DNA from: Malacoraja senta
Lineage: Eukaryota
Length of the DNA: 64,000 bases
NCBI GenBank assembly: GCA_038087875.1
Contig: CM075992.1
Span: 1,242,001 to 1,306,000 of the forward strand
Reading direction: 5' to 3'
The translations under genes and the position numbers were made by a program. Below the pieces are notes generated by a model. The model worked only from the letters and a program-made list of their open reading frames with translations, did no database searches and was not told the DNA's origin. This document shows positions 1 to 13,010 of this stretch, one piece after another. Every line of letters begins with the position of its first letter. Within the stretch, counting starts at the first letter, position 1.

Positions 1-189
1 CACAACTCTCTGGGTGAAAAAGTTTTTTCTCATCTCAGTCTTAAATGACCTCTTAAATGGGGATGATCAGCCATGATCACATTGAATGGCGGTGCTGGCT
101 CGAAGGGCCGAATGGCCTACTCCTGCACCTATTGTCTATAGTCTATAATACCTAGGGTGGGCAGGTTGCCTTATTTAGTTGTGCACCTA

Positions 190-360
190 CCCAATCTATT
201 GTTCTCATGACTTTATACAGCTCAATAAAATCACCCTTCATCCTCCTGCACTCCCAGCCTACTCAACCTCACCCTATAGCTCAGACCCTCTAGCCCTGGC
301 AACATCCGTGTAAATCTTTTCTGTACCCTTTCCAGCTTGACAACATCGTTTCTATATGAC
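190..360 (-). mobile_element. CR1 LINE ORF2 C-terminal fragment
   Basis: Translates as KLERVQKRFTRMLPGLEGLSYRVRLSRLG, a typical CR1 ORF2 end. Confidence 0.8.
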
Positions 361-436
361 AACATCTTTCTCCCTTCACAAACTCGCACCAAATGCCTCC
401 AGGGAAAGTACAGCATGTGTTAGATATATGGGTCAG

Positions 437-737
437 TTTAGTTTAGTCCAGTTTGGACATACAGCGTAGAAACAGGCCCTTTGACCCGTCGGGTCCACAC
501 CGACCACCCATCACCTGCACATTTAGTTGATGTCCTACAAACTAGGGACAGTTTACAGGAGCCCATTAACCAACAAACCTGTGCGTCTTTGCGGTGTGGG
601 AGGAAACCAGAGAACCCGGAGGAAAACCCTCGCAGTCACGGGGAGAGCGTGCAAACTCCTCACAGACAGCACCCACAGTCACGATCAATCCTGGCTCTTT
701 GGTGTTGTAAGGCAGAAACTCTACTGCTGCGCCACCT
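437..737 (-). mobile_element. HE1-like tRNA-derived V-SINE
   Basis: tRNA-like head ggtggcgcagcagtagag, V-domain core and (TAAAC)n tail on the minus strand. Confidence 0.8.
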
Positions 738-1107
738 AAGGCCAAATTAGCTTAGATGAGGCATCTTGGTCCACGTGGACTAGTAGTTCTATGAAAAAGG
801 AAGACATCCCTTTTGAAAGGCAGGCGCTCCATTTAGTTGAGTACTAAAGATGGGCCGAATGGTCTGACTGATTCCCTGCTGCCTGACTCTACAGTATGGC
901 TTCAGGATATCACAGGACTCTGCACTACCATCCTGGAATTAACAAAGCCATAATCTGTGCTGTTTACTCTGCTCCTAATGGTTTAATTACTGGGCTTGGT
1001 GACAGAGCCTGGCGGGAGAGAGGAACTAACCAGTGCTTCGGTCTTCAGAGTCTTCACAGCCGTGGAGAGACAGGCAAACGGATCTAGGACTGTAGCTTGA
1101 ACTGACA

Positions 1108-1908
1108 TTACATAAAAATCATGAGAGGAATAGATCGGGTAGATGCACAGAGTCTCTTGCCCAGAGTAGGGGGAATCGAGGACCAGAGGACATAGAAACA
1201 TAGAAACATAGAAAATAGGTGCAGGAGTAGGCCATTCGGCCCTTCGAGCCTGCACCGCCATTCAATATGATCATGGCTGATCATCCAACTCAGTATCCTG
1301 TACCTGCTTTCTCTCCATACCCCCCTGATCCCTTTAGCCACAAGGGCCACATCTAACTCCCTCTTAAATATAACCAATGAACTGGCCTCAACTACCTTCT
1401 GTGGCAGAGAATTCCACAGATTCACCACTCTCTGTGTGAAAAAAGTTTTTCTCATCTCAGTCCTAAAAGATTTCCCCTTTATCCTTAAACTGTGGCCCCT
1501 TGTCCTGGACTTCCCCAACATCGGGAACAATCTTCCTGCATCTAGCCTGTCCAACCCCTTAAGAATTTTGTAAGTTTCTATAAGAGCCCCCCTCAATCTT
1601 CTAAATTCTAGCCAGTATAAGCCGACATAGGTTCAAGGTGAAGGGGAAAATATTTAATAGGAATCTGAGTGGTAACTTTCTCACAAACGGTGGTGGGTGT
1701 ATGGAACGAGCTGCCAGAGGAGGTAGTTGAGGCTGGGACTATCCCAACGTTTAAGAAACAGTTAGACAGGTACATGGATAGGAGAGGTTTAGAGGGATAT
1801 GGACCAAACGCAGGCAGGTGGGACTATTATAGCTGGGACATGTTGTCCGGTGTGGGCAAGTTGGGCTGAAGGGCCTGTTTCCCCACTGTATCTCTCTATG
1901 ACTCTATG
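1108..1908 (+). mobile_element. CR1/HER1-like LINE 3' end, interrupted by a second CR1
   Basis: VVGVWNELPEEVVEAG motif; the 3' tail gggctgaagggcctgtttcc...ctatgactctatga is shared with the V-SINE tail. Confidence 0.85.
1196..1623 (-). mobile_element. CR1 LINE 3' end nested in another CR1
   Basis: LIETYKILKGLDRLDAGRLFP...VVNLWNSLP; (TTTCTATG)n tail; flanked by a gacatag duplication. Confidence 0.9.
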
Positions 1909-2566
1909 AAACAGCGACAGGAAGGAACTGCAGAGGCTAATTTACACCGAAGATGGACAAAAAATGATGGAGTGCCTACCGCACCTTCCATATCTCTAGT
2001 CTCCCTCTCTCCTGACTCTGAAGAAGGGTCTCGACCCAAATCGTCACCCATTCCTTCACTCCAGAGATGCTGTCTGTCCCGCTGACTTACTCCAGCTTTT
2101 TGTGTCTATCTTTGACACAGTGGCAGGCTTTCCTGAAATGTTCCATCCATCCCCTGTTCACACAGAGTAATCCAGTAAAGGACAATGCCCTGCATCCCAT
2201 TTGGGGATGTGTTGGAAGGAACTGCAGATGCTGGTTTATACCAAAGATAGACACAAAGTGCTGGAGTAACTCAGTGCGTCGTGCTGAATTTTTTTTAGTT
2301 TAGTTGAGTTTAGTTTATTCGAGGTACAGTGAAACGTTTTTCTTGCGTGCTAACCAGCGGGAAGACAATACGTGATTACAATCCAGCCATTTACAGTGTA
2401 TAGATACTCTTTTTCTCCAGAGATGCTGCCTGACCCGCTGAGTTACTCCGGCAGTTTGTGCCCGTCTCCAAGGGCTGCTCTCCCTGGAAGGATCCTCTGG
2501 GATTAGACTCAAAAAGCTGGAGTAACTCAGCGGGACGGGCAGCGTCTCCGGAGAGAAGGAACGGGT

Positions 2567-2594
2567 GACGTTTCGGGTCGAGACCCTTCTTCAG
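2567..2594 (-). ncRNA. Minimal hammerhead ribozyme motif (PLE-type)
   Basis: CTGAAGA-A-GGGT-CTCG-ACCC-GAAAC-GTC on the minus strand. Confidence 0.7.
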
Positions 2595-2662
2595 ACTGAG
2601 AGTCGGGCGGAAAGGGAAACAGAGATATAGGCGGTGATATAGAAAGATATAGAACCAATGAG

Positions 2663-2951
2663 GGTGGCCACGGTGGTGCAGCGGTAGAGTTGCTGCCTTA
2701 CAGTGCTTCCAATGCCAGAGGCACAGGTGCTGTCTGTACGGAGTTTGCACGTTCTCCCCGTGACCTGCGTGGGTTTTCTCCGAGATCTCCGGTTTCTTCC
2801 CACACTCCAAAGACGTGCGGGTTTGTAGGTTAATTGGCTTGGTGTAATTGTAATTGTAGGCTAGTGTTGGCGTGCGGGGATCGCTGGTCGGCGCAGACTC
2901 GGTGGGCCGAAGGGCCTGTTTCCGCTCTGTATCTCTAAAGCTGAAACTAAA
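2663..2951 (+). mobile_element. HE1-like V-SINE
   Basis: Head, V-domain core and CR1-like tail ending ctaaagctgaaactaaa. Confidence 0.85.
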
Positions 2952-3019
2952 TGGGGTTTGTTCCTTCCCACAAAAAGAGCCACGAACCTTTGGAACAGTA
3001 GCATTAGCTGCCATTGTTA

Positions 3020-3350
3020 CGGCTCTGTCCCACGGTGCGAGTTCATTCCAAGAGCTCTCCCGAGTTTAAAACAAATCTAACTGGTGGTAAGCGCGGAGAA
3101 TGAAAGTAGCGGGTACGTCGGAGCTCGGGGACGTCTCTTAGCGGCTCGTAACGCTAAAGGCAGGTACTCGGGAAGACTCGCTAACGGCAGGTAAGCACGG
3201 GAAGACTCGTGAAGATTTTTCAACACGTTGAAAAAATGTCCACGAGAGCCCCGAGTACCGACGAGCGGCCATTACCGTAAATCTCCGAGTTCATATCAAG
3301 GCAAACTCTGGAGAGCTCTTGGAATGAACTCGTACCGTGGGACACCAACC
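3020..3350. mobile_element. PIF/Harbinger-like MITE, family A
   Basis: About 40-bp TIR tgtcccacggt(g/a)cgagttcattccaagagctctcc; second copy at 53773-54105. Confidence 0.8.
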
Positions 3351-3617
3351 CTAAGTCAATGTCTCATCCAAATGAACATATTCATAATAAAATCTTTACA
3401 TGTGATGAATTATTCATGCATAGCATATTCCACAATGAACATTAGAGCTCTCTGGCTAAATAACATGCCTGCCAATGTTTGCCTCTCGTTGTACTGATAA
3501 TATTCACCTAATTACAATGTTACGTGACTTCCAACTGCGAACAGGAGCAGGAACGTTCCAGAACAAACTCCAACCAATCTACCACCAGGTTGGATGACAC
3601 AACAAATTTATCACCCG

Positions 3618-3948
3618 GACAGAGTGGATGTGGGGAGGATGTTTCCACTAGTGGGAGAGTCTAGGACCAGAGGTCATGGGCTCGGAATTAAAGGACGTTC
3701 CGTTAGGAAGGAGAGGAGAAGGAATTTCTTTAGTCAGGGGGTGGTGAATCTGTGGAATTCATTGCCACAGAAGGCCGTGGAGGCCAAGTCAGTGGCAGAG
3801 ATAGATTCTTGATTAGTACGGGTGTCAAGGGTTATGGGGAGAAGGCAAGAGAATGGGGTTAGGGGGAGAGATAGATCAGCCATGATTGAATGGCGGAGTA
3901 GACTAGATGGGCCGAATGGCCTAATTCGGTTCCCATCACATGAACTTA
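3618..3948 (+). mobile_element. CR1 LINE 3' end
   Basis: RMFPLVGESRTRGH...VVNLWNSLPQKAVEA followed by the 3' UTR. Confidence 0.85.
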
Positions 3949-4238
3949 TTGCAAAGTTTAGATCCTAGGGTGAGGGTTTCAACTGGTGAGGGTGGTGTCC
4001 AGTCATATCTAGTGTAGACACCAAATGCCAGAGTAACTCAGCAGGTCAGGCAGCATCTCTGGAGAAAAACGGACAGGTAGCGATTCGGGTCGGGACCCTT
4101 CTTCGGACTGAAAGTGGAGTGGAGGGATCCGGAGGTAGGAAAAGGACAGAAAGAAGCAGAACCGACAACAGAACCGACAATGAAGGATGGAGCCCATAAT
4201 ACAGTCATAGTGTGATACAGCGTGGAAACAGGGTCTCT

Positions 4239-4461
4239 AGCATCCCCTTCCCCATCAGAACCGCCCCCTCCATCGACTCTTTTAAGTCAAGACTAAAGAC
4301 GTATCTATACTCCCAAGCCTTTCCTGACGTCCTCTGAGTGAGGGCTACATGTATATATGTATGTAGTTTATTTTGTTGTGCTATTCTTATAACAAATCTA
4401 AAGCACTTTGGCCAACGAGAGTTGTTTTTTAAATGTGCTATATAAATAAATATGACTTGAC
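4239..4461 (+). mobile_element. L2 LINE 3' end nested in a CR1
   Basis: Closely matches 36127-36350, the 3' end of the L2 with a recognisable ORF2; gacttga tail. Confidence 0.8.
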
Positions 4462-6454
4462 AATTCCCACACCGACCAACATGTCCCATCTACACTAGTC
4501 CCACATGCCGCGTTTGGCCCATATCCCTCCAAACCTGTCCTATCAATGTACCTGTTTAAATGTTTCTTAAACGTTGGGATAGTCCCTGCCCCAATTACCT
4601 CCTCCGGCAGCTCAGTGGATAAGAGGAGAAGGCAGGAACGGGATGATCAGCCATGATCACATTGAATGGCGGTGCTGGCTCGAAGGGCCGAATGGCCTCT
4701 ACTCCTGCACCTATTGTCTATTGTCTCGTTCCATTACACCCACCACCCTTTGTGTGAAAATGTTACTCCTTAAATCTTTCTCCCTCACCTTAAACTTCTG
4801 ACCTCTGGTTCTTGATTCCCTTACTCTGGCCAAGAGCATCTGTGAGTTTACCCGATCGATTCCTCGGACAATTTTTATACACCCCATGGCCCATTATTGG
4901 CCTGGGAAACATTGCTAACGAAGGGATACAAGGATACAAATGGTGGAAGTCGTGGGAGGACTAGGGTGGGGGAGAGGGAATGCAAGGGTTTCTTGAAATT
5001 AGCTGGTTACCATCTCATCGTTCACCCCCTACAACTATCTAGAGGGATTCTTGTACTTCAAGTGCATTATTCTGGTATAAATTAAACGGTTTATCAGGCA
5101 CCTCATTCAAAATGGTGCAAGGACATCAAATGTGCTTTGAGAAAATCTAGAGTCATCTCCAGTAGTTCGGAGCTGTTACAAGAGTCCAGGTGTCGAAAGA
5201 CAACACCATCTGAATAGAAGGTAGACAAAAATGCTGGAGAAACTCAGCGGGCGAGGCAGCATCTATGGAGCGAAGGAATGGGTGACGTTTCGTGTCGAGA
5301 CCCTTCTTCAGATCCCCGCACACTAACACCATCCGACACACACACTAGGGACAATTTGCACTTTTCACCAAACCAATTAACCTACAAACCCTGCACGTCT
5401 TTGGAGTGTGGGTGGGAAACCGAAGATCTCGGAGAAAACCCACGCAGGTCACGGGGAGAGCGTGCAAACTCCGTACAGACAGCACCCGTAGTTGGGATGG
5501 AACCCGGGTCTCTGGCGCTGCAAGCGCTGTAAGGCAGCAACTCTACCGCTGCGCCACCTCATTCAAAATGGTGCAAGGACATCAAAATGTGCTTTGAGAA
5601 AACCTAGAGTCACCCTGGTAGTTCCGAGCTGTTATAAGAGACCAGGTGTGGAAACACAACTCCATCTGAATGGAAGTTGGAAATGATTGCAATATGCAGC
5701 CTGGTAGCAGGTCCTTCGGCCCATCGAGTCCACACCTACCACAGGATCATCCGCTCCCACGGGTTCTACGACATCTCACTTTCACATCCAATCCCTACAC
5801 TCAAGGGGACATTTTACAGAGGGCCAAATAGCCTACAAACCAGCACGGATTCGTGATGTGGGAGGAAACCGGAGAACCTGGAGGAAACCCACGCGCAAAT
5901 TTGTAGGTAAATTGTCCCTAGTGTGTAGGGCAGTGCTGGACTAAAGGTGATCATTAATTGGTGCGGACTCGGAGGGCCGAAGGGCCCTGTGTCCGTGCTG
6001 TATCTCACGTTTGATCAGACCTGTGTTTGCATCACAGATACCCTACAGACTATCCCTTTCCTCTTCTCCGCTCCAAAGTGGGACTAAAGTATTCTGCGAT
6101 ATTCCATGACTCCAGGGCTGTGTTTAAATAGAAGCCGTTGCTGTTGTCAAACCTCGGCCCTTTGGGCATTTCTCAGAAGCCTTTTTGCGTGACTTTTGTT
6201 TGAAGCTGATTCTGCTCGGAGACCTCAGATGCTAACGTGTCCTTTTTGATCTAAAGGTCAAGATGCGACAATTCCTGCGGGATGAAACGGCAAGGGCGGG
6301 CAGCACGTGAGCTGCAGGCCGGAGAGGGAACAGGTAGGAGGGGGGGGGGGGGAGGAGCGGAGAGAAGAGTGTCGGAAGAACAGAGAAGAGGGGAAAGGAG
6401 GAGAGAGCCTGTTGTTCATGTGTATTATGTCCGCGTGAGTCACAGCGATCGGTC

Positions 6455-6730
6455 GAGGACGTGTCGGCAAGAACAATGAGGGAGCCTGCATGGGGGGCAC
6501 TGAGAACAAAGGGGGGCCCGGCTTGGGGATTTGGGGGGGCACTGAGATCAAAGGGGGGACCGGCTTGGGGATTTGGGGGTGGAGGGGGGAAATGGGGGGA
6601 AGAATTGAATACTTTTGTATCTTTGTCGCTGCCCTTTGCATAGCGACTATTTGCATACCTGTCCTGTACCAAGTGCACATGACAATAAGTATCAATTAAT
6701 CAACCGATCAGCCGATCAATCAATCAATTC
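6455..6730 (+). mobile_element. Non-autonomous retroelement with a Rex1-like 3' end and an internal ~42-bp tandem duplication
   Basis: Two copies of ggggggcactgaga(a/t)caaagggggg(c/a)ccggcttggggattt; ends tgacaataa followed by (ATCA)n. Confidence 0.5.
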
Positions 6731-7325
6731 CATATGACTCTCCTAGTCTGGAGATGTGCAGATATCACATTCTCTGCAAGTGCCTACTGCAGTAGATGCC
6801 CGACCTGCTGAGTTACCTCCAGCACTTTGTGTATTTTTTAATTCCATGAACCACACGAGCTGCAGTGGCCAGGACACATAATTCTCTCTCCAACACCCTG
6901 GCTAAAGCATTGCAAGCGTTCAGCAGAGTATCCAGAGTAGAATACAGGCCAAGCACGTTCAATACTGTGAGCAGTGTGATGCTCTTGAATCCATATTCTG
7001 ATGACAAGTTAGACTCGGCCCATCAATCCTACTCCGCCATTCAATCATGGCGGATCTCTCCTCCTAATCCCATTTTCCTGCCTTCTCCCCATAACCCTTT
7101 GACACCCATTGTAATCAAGAATCTGTCTATCTCTGCTTTAATAATATCCACTGACTTGGCCTCCACAGCCCTCTGTGGCAATGAGGTCCACAGATTCACC
7201 ACCCACCAGAGTGGCCAAAGAGACCGACCACTGTATCACTCCAGCACTTTGTGTCTATCTTTGGTATAACCGGCATCTGCAGTTCCTTCCTATCAAAGTA
7301 TTCTGCGCAAGTGAAAAGGGCACAG

Positions 7326-7830
7326 GGTGCTGGAGTAACTCAGCGGGTCAGGCAGCATCTGTGGAGAACATGGATAGGTGACGTTTCACAGAGTGCTGGA
7401 GTAACTCAGCGGGTCAGGCAGCATCTGTGGAGCGAAGGAAATGGGCAACCTTTCGGGCCGAAACCCTGAAGGAAATAGGCAACGTTTCGGGCCGAAACCC
7501 GGAAGGGTTTCGGGCCGAAACGATGCCTATTTCCTTCGCTCCATAGATGCTGCCGGAACATGGATAGGTGACGTTTCCCAGAGTGCTGGAGTAACTCAGC
7601 GGGTCAGGCAGCATCTGTGGAGAACATGGATAGGTGACGTTTCACAGAGTAACGCTGGAGTAACTCAGCGGGTCAGGCAGCATCTGTGGAGAACATGGAT
7701 AGGTGACGTTTCACAGAGTAACGCTGGAGTAACTCAGCGGGTCAGGCAGCATCTGTGGAGAACATGGATAGGTGACGTTTCACAGAGTAACGCTGGAGTA
7801 ACTCAGCGGGTCAGGCAGCATCTGTGGAGA
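7326..7830. repeat. Tandem array of 66-69-bp PLE-derived units
   Basis: Repeated gctggagtaactcagcgggtcaggcagcatctgtggagaacatggataggtgacgtttcacagagt(aac); similar dimer at 30490-30600. Confidence 0.9.
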
Positions 7831-9184
7831 AATGATGTAGGGGATTTATTAGAGATGCTGCCTGACCTGCTGAGTAACTCCAACACGCTGTGTCCTTTCA
7901 TTTCATGTACAGTACACTGTTCCATATACATTCATCTTTGGAACAGCCGACATTGGGGTACGGGGAGAACGTACAAACTCCGTCCAGGCAGGACCCGTAG
8001 TCGGGATCGAACCCGGGTCTCTGGCGCTTGCAAGCGCTGTAAGGCAGCAACTCTACCGCTGTGCCACCCAATGGAATGGAAATAAATGCAGGCCACATAA
8101 TGGCTGGAACACAGAACATGCATAAAACACAAATGCCGTGTGTCCGCAAAGCATCACGTTGTCAAGTTGATGAGATCTAACGCCTACTAAGAGCTCCGCT
8201 CTCTCCTGGAGTAAATCAGTAGTTTTTTGTCGACTGGGGGGAAGCAAATTGGTTGACAAGGGAGTCCACATCTCGTACCTCGATAGGTGTCAGATCAACA
8301 CAATGGAGTTTCCTTCAGCTGCTAATTCTGCCGAGATGTAGTTCAGTGGCGTGTCTGAGATTAGCTGTGTTTTAAAAGGCTCCAGTACATACTCTACATT
8401 TGTTAATGATGATCACTTTATGCTGTGAGGAAGATATGACAATGGCTTCAAGTATTATTGTACTAGGACAAGGATGTGTCGTGCCAAAAGGAATAATCAC
8501 ACCCTAGCTTCATCTTCTCTCCAAAGAGTGATGCTGGGCCTTGGACCACAATAGAGCAGCAGAAAAATGAGGATAATAACATGTTTTACGGTTGGTAGCC
8601 TTTAAATTCCATGTCATTATTCACCGGGACTTTTTGCTGACTTTTCTATATTTACCCTCCAAACCCCTTCTTCCTCAGTCTTCCACTAATTCTAATATTT
8701 ATCTGTCTGTCCCTCACTTGCGTTATCTTGCACTAAACCTTTCTCACCTTATTCTCTTCAATAGACAATAGACAATAGACAATAGGTGCAGGAGGAGGCC
8801 ATTTGGCCCTTCGAGCCAGCACCGCCATTCAATGTGATCATGGCTGATCGTCCCCAATCAGTACCCCGTTCCTGCCTTCTCCCCATATCCCCTGACTCCG
8901 CTATCTTTAAGAGCCCTATCTAGCTCTCTCTTGAAAGTATCCAGAGAACCTGCCTCCACCGCCCTCTGAGGCAGAGAATTCCACAGACTCACCACTCTCT
9001 GTGTGAATATCTGTACACTGTGGAGGATGTGGGCGATTGTTGATATGAGGTAATAGGAGCAGAATTAGGCCATTCGGCCCATCAATTAAATCGTGGCTGA
9101 TATACTGTATCTCTCCCTCCTAACCCCATTCTCCTGCCTTCTCCCCATAACCCCCAACACCCATACTAATCAAGAATCTATCTA

Positions 9185-9374
9185 TGTGTAGGAAAGAAAC
9201 TGCAGATGCTGGTTTAAATCGAAGATAAGACACAAAATGCTGGAGTAACTCAGCAGGACAGGCAGCATCTCTGGAGAGAAGGAATGGGTGGATGTTTCAG
9301 TCTGAAGAAGGGTCTCTGCCCGAAACGTCACCCATTCCTTCTCTCCAGAGATGCTGCCTGTCCCGCTGAGTTAC
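9185..9374. mobile_element. Fold-back PLE-derived hammerhead element inserted in a CR1
   Basis: 15-bp TSD tcaagaatctatcta (9170-9184, 9375-9389); HHR core at 9302-9329 on +. Confidence 0.85.
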
Positions 9375-9689
9375 TCAAGAATCTATCTACCTCTGCCTTG
9401 TAATCACGTATTGTCTTTTCCGCTGACTGGCTAGCGCCCAACAAAAGCTTTTCACTGTTCCTCGGATCTTCCCGCTGGTGATGGGAGTCCACGTTCCAAG
9501 AACAGGAATTTCCACCTCACTCTTCCATGATTAATTGTCGATGGCTCTCGGTGAAATTACACAAAGTGTCATACAGCAGTGACGCAGGCCCTTCGGCCCA
9601 ACTCATTTGAGATCTTCGCTTTCATCCTACACTCCAAAGATGTACAGGTTTGTAGGTCAATTGGCTTGGTATAAATCCCTTGCATGTTA

Positions 9690-10116
9690 ATAGACAATAG
9701 ACAATAGGTGCAGGAGTAGGCCATTCGGCCCTTCGAGCCAGCACCGCCATTCAATGTAATCATGGCTGATCATCCCCAATCAGTACCCCGTTCCTGCCTT
9801 CTCCCCATATCCCCTATCTTTAAGAGCCCTATCTAGCTCTCTCTTGAAAGCATCCAGAGAACCTGCCTCCACCGCCCTCTGAGGCAGAGAATTCCACACT
9901 CACCACTCTCTGTGAGGAAAAGTGTTTCCTCGTCCCCGTTCTAAATGACTTACCCCTTATTCTTAAACTGTGTGGCCCCTGGTTCTGGACTCCCCCAACA
10001 TCGGGAACATGTTACCTGCCTCTAGCGTGTCCAAGCCCCTTAACAATCTTATATGTTTCAATGAGATCCCCTCTCATCCTTCTAAACTCCAGAGTGTACA
10101 AGCCCAGCTGCTCCAT
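9690..10116 (-). mobile_element. CR1 LINE 3' end, (TATTGTC)n-tail subfamily
   Basis: CR1 ORF2 end plus tail repeat. Confidence 0.85.
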
Positions 10117-10144
10117 TCATTGTGTGGGGATCACTAGTCGGTGT

Positions 10145-10784
10145 ACATAGATACATAGATACATAGATACATGGAAAATAGGTGCAGGAGTAGGCCATTC
10201 GGCCCTTCGAGCCCGCACCGCCATTCAATATGATCATGGCTGATCATCCAACTCAGTATCCCGTACCTGCCTTCTCTCCATAACCCCTGATCCCTTTAGC
10301 CACAAGGGCCACATCTAACTCCCTCTTAAATATAGCCAATGAACTGGCCTCAACTACCCTCTGTGGCAGAGAGTTCCAGAGATTCACCACTCTCTGTGTG
10401 AAAACGTTTTTCCTCATCTCGGTCCTAAAGGATTTCCCCCTTATCCTTAAGCTGTGACCCTTGTCCTGGACTTTCCCAACATCGGGAACAATCTTCCTGC
10501 ATCTAGCCTGTCCAACCCCATAAGAATTTTGTACGTTTCTATAAGATCCCCTCTCAATCTCCTAAATTCTAGCGAGTATAAGCCAAGTCTATCCAGTCTT
10601 TCTTCATATGAAAGTCCTGACATCCCAGGAATCAGTCTGGTGAACCATCTCTGCTCTCCCTCTATGGCTATAATGTCCTTCCTCAGATTTGGAGACCAAA
10701 ACTGTACGCAATACTCCAGGTGTGGTCTCACCAAGACCCTGTACAACTGCAGTAGAACCTCCCTGCTCCTATACTCAAATCCTC
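10145..10784 (-). mobile_element. CR1 LINE 3' end
   Basis: [15 protein letters not shown]...RRLRGDLIETYKIL; (TATCTATG)n tail. Confidence 0.9.
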
Positions 10785-11220
10785 TTGGTGTAGTGGGCTG
10801 AAGGGCCTTTCATTGTGCTGTATCTATAACCTAAACTAAACATGAAAGCTATGTTCTCTGGTTCTTGATTCACATATTCTGGGTAAAAGACAGGGGATGA
10901 AATTCTCCTTTATCCACTGAAGGGGATAAATCAGAGGCCATTTATACCACTCTCTGGTTTCCGTGGCAGTGTCGAACTGATGTGCCTTTTACTGGTGTCT
11001 AAGTGGTTGCTTTGACTGGGAACTCACACCAGGAGAATAATCGCAAACCTCACACCAGAGACCGGAATGAAATAATTATGGCCGACTCCACAATTCCTGC
11101 GCAAACAGTTCATGAGATTTTAACACAGAGTTCAGACAGTGGCAGGAAGGACTGTAAGAATGCTGAAGATATCTGCTTCTGATTGAGATGCTCACCACCT
11201 CATACAAAAGCTTTATGACT

Positions 11221-11510
11221 TGGCAGCGGTAGAGTTGCTGCCTCACAGCGCCAGAGACCCGGGTTCGATCCTGACTGCGGGTGCTGTCCGTGTGGAGTTT
11301 GTACGTTCTCCCCGTGACCTGCGTGGGTTTTTTCCCCGGGTGCTCCGGTTTCCTCCCACACTCCAAAGACGTGCAGGTTTGTAGGTTAATTGGTTTTGGT
11401 GAAGATTGTAAATGGTTCCTAGCGTGTGGGATAGAGTTAGTGTATGGGGTGATCACTGGTCTCAGTGGGCTGAAGGGCCTGTTTCCGCGCTGTATATCGA
11501 AACTAATCCA
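11221..11510 (+). mobile_element. HE1-like V-SINE
   Basis: B box ggttcgatcc, V-domain core and tail. Confidence 0.85.
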
Positions 11511-12066
11511 CACTACGCTAGACACAGTGGAGGCATGTGCAAGAAGGAACTGCAGATGCTGGTTTACACTGAAGATAGGCGCAAAATACTGGAGTAACTC
11601 AGTGGGACAGGCAGTATCTCAGGAGAGAAGGAATGGGTGACGTTTTGGGTCGAGACCCTTCTTCAGACTCTGCTAAAGTCTGTCTAAGTCACCCTTGATT
11701 CGAGGTCCACCACAGTGGACTGATGGGGCCGCAGTTTGGACCACAGATTGTCCGGAGAAGCGACCAATGTCCCCTGTGTGGAGGAGCTGGCTGCTGGTCA
11801 GGGTCTCTCTGTCGATTGGGAGAGGTGTCTGCTCTCCGAAGACTCGGCAAGGTCACTTTGCTTTCGTTTTTGCTGAATTCTCCAGCATTTCCTTCACAGC
11901 AGCTCAGTGGAGTGAGACGGAGAGAGAATGTTCATCACCCTGGCAACTGTTGTGAATGCGACATTAATGTGGCACAAAACATCTCAAGGCACACTGCGCA
12001 ACGGAGGAATAAAACCATTCTGGAGAGGAAGTCCTCCTTTTCCCCAGAGTGTTCAGTTCAGTTTAG

Positions 12067-12538
12067 ATACATAGATACATAGAAAATAGGTGCAGGAGTA
12101 GGCCATTCGGCCCTTCGAGCCTGCACCGCCATTCAATATGATCATGGCTGATCATCCAACTCAGTATCCCGTACCTGCCTTCTCTCCATACCCCCTGATC
12201 CCTTTAGCCACGAGGGCCACATCTAACTCCCTCTTAAATATAGCCAATGAACTGGCCTCAACTACCCTCTGTGGCAGAGAGTTCCAGAGATTCACCACTC
12301 TCTGTGTGAAAAAGTTTTTCCTCATCTCGGTCTTAAAGGATTTCCCCCTTATCCTTAAGCTGTGACCCCTTGTCCTGGACTTCCCCAACATCCGGGAACA
12401 ATCTTCCTGCATCTAGCCTGTTCAACCCCATAAGAATTTTGTACGTTTCTATAAGATCCCCTCTCAATCTCCTAAATTCTAGCGAGTATAAGCCAAGTCT
12501 ATCCAGTCTTTCTTCATATGAAAGTCCTGACATCCCAG
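12067..12538 (-). mobile_element. CR1 LINE 3' end
   Basis: Near-identical to the 10145-10784 and 46314-47233 copies. Confidence 0.9.
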
Positions 12539-12669
12539 GTACAGTGAAAAGCTTCTGCTGCGTCAGCAGCAAGACAATACATGATTACAATCGAGCCATT
12601 CACAGTGATCAGGGAATGACATTTAGTGCAAGGTAAAGCCAGCAAAGTCTGATCAAGGATAGTCTGAGG

Positions 12670-13010
12670 TGGGCAAAAATGCTGGAGAAACTCAGCGGGT
12701 GAGGCAGCATCTATGGAGCGAAGGAATAGGTGACGTTTCGGGAAGAAGAAAGGAAGAGACGGAGGCAGTGGGCTGTGGGAGAGCTGGGAAGGAGGGAGAA
12801 AGCAGGGACTACCTGAAACTGGAGGTCAATATTCATACCGTTGGGGTGTAAACTACCCAAGCGGAATATGAGGTGCTGCTCCTCCAATTTGCGGTGGGGC
12901 TCACTCTGGCCATGGAGGATGCCCAGGACAGAAAGGTCGGATTCGGAATGGGAGGGGGAGTTGAAGTGCTGGGCCACCGGGAGATCAGGTTGGTTATTGT
13001 GAACCGAGCA
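12670..13010 (-). mobile_element. Penelope-like element 3' fragment (GIY-YIG C-terminus plus pLTR)
   Basis: AQHFNSPSHSESDLSVLGILHGQSEPHRKLEEQHLIFRLGSLHPNGMN. Confidence 0.8.

Noticed and set aside
6257..6333. Plus-strand AG...GT exon-like segment
   Set aside because: No recognisable peptide, opposite strand to the supported exon, no partner exons
7326..7830. CRISPR-like regular repeats and a 214-aa repetitive ORF
   Set aside because: No unique spacers, no cas genes, eukaryotic context; the units are PLE-derived
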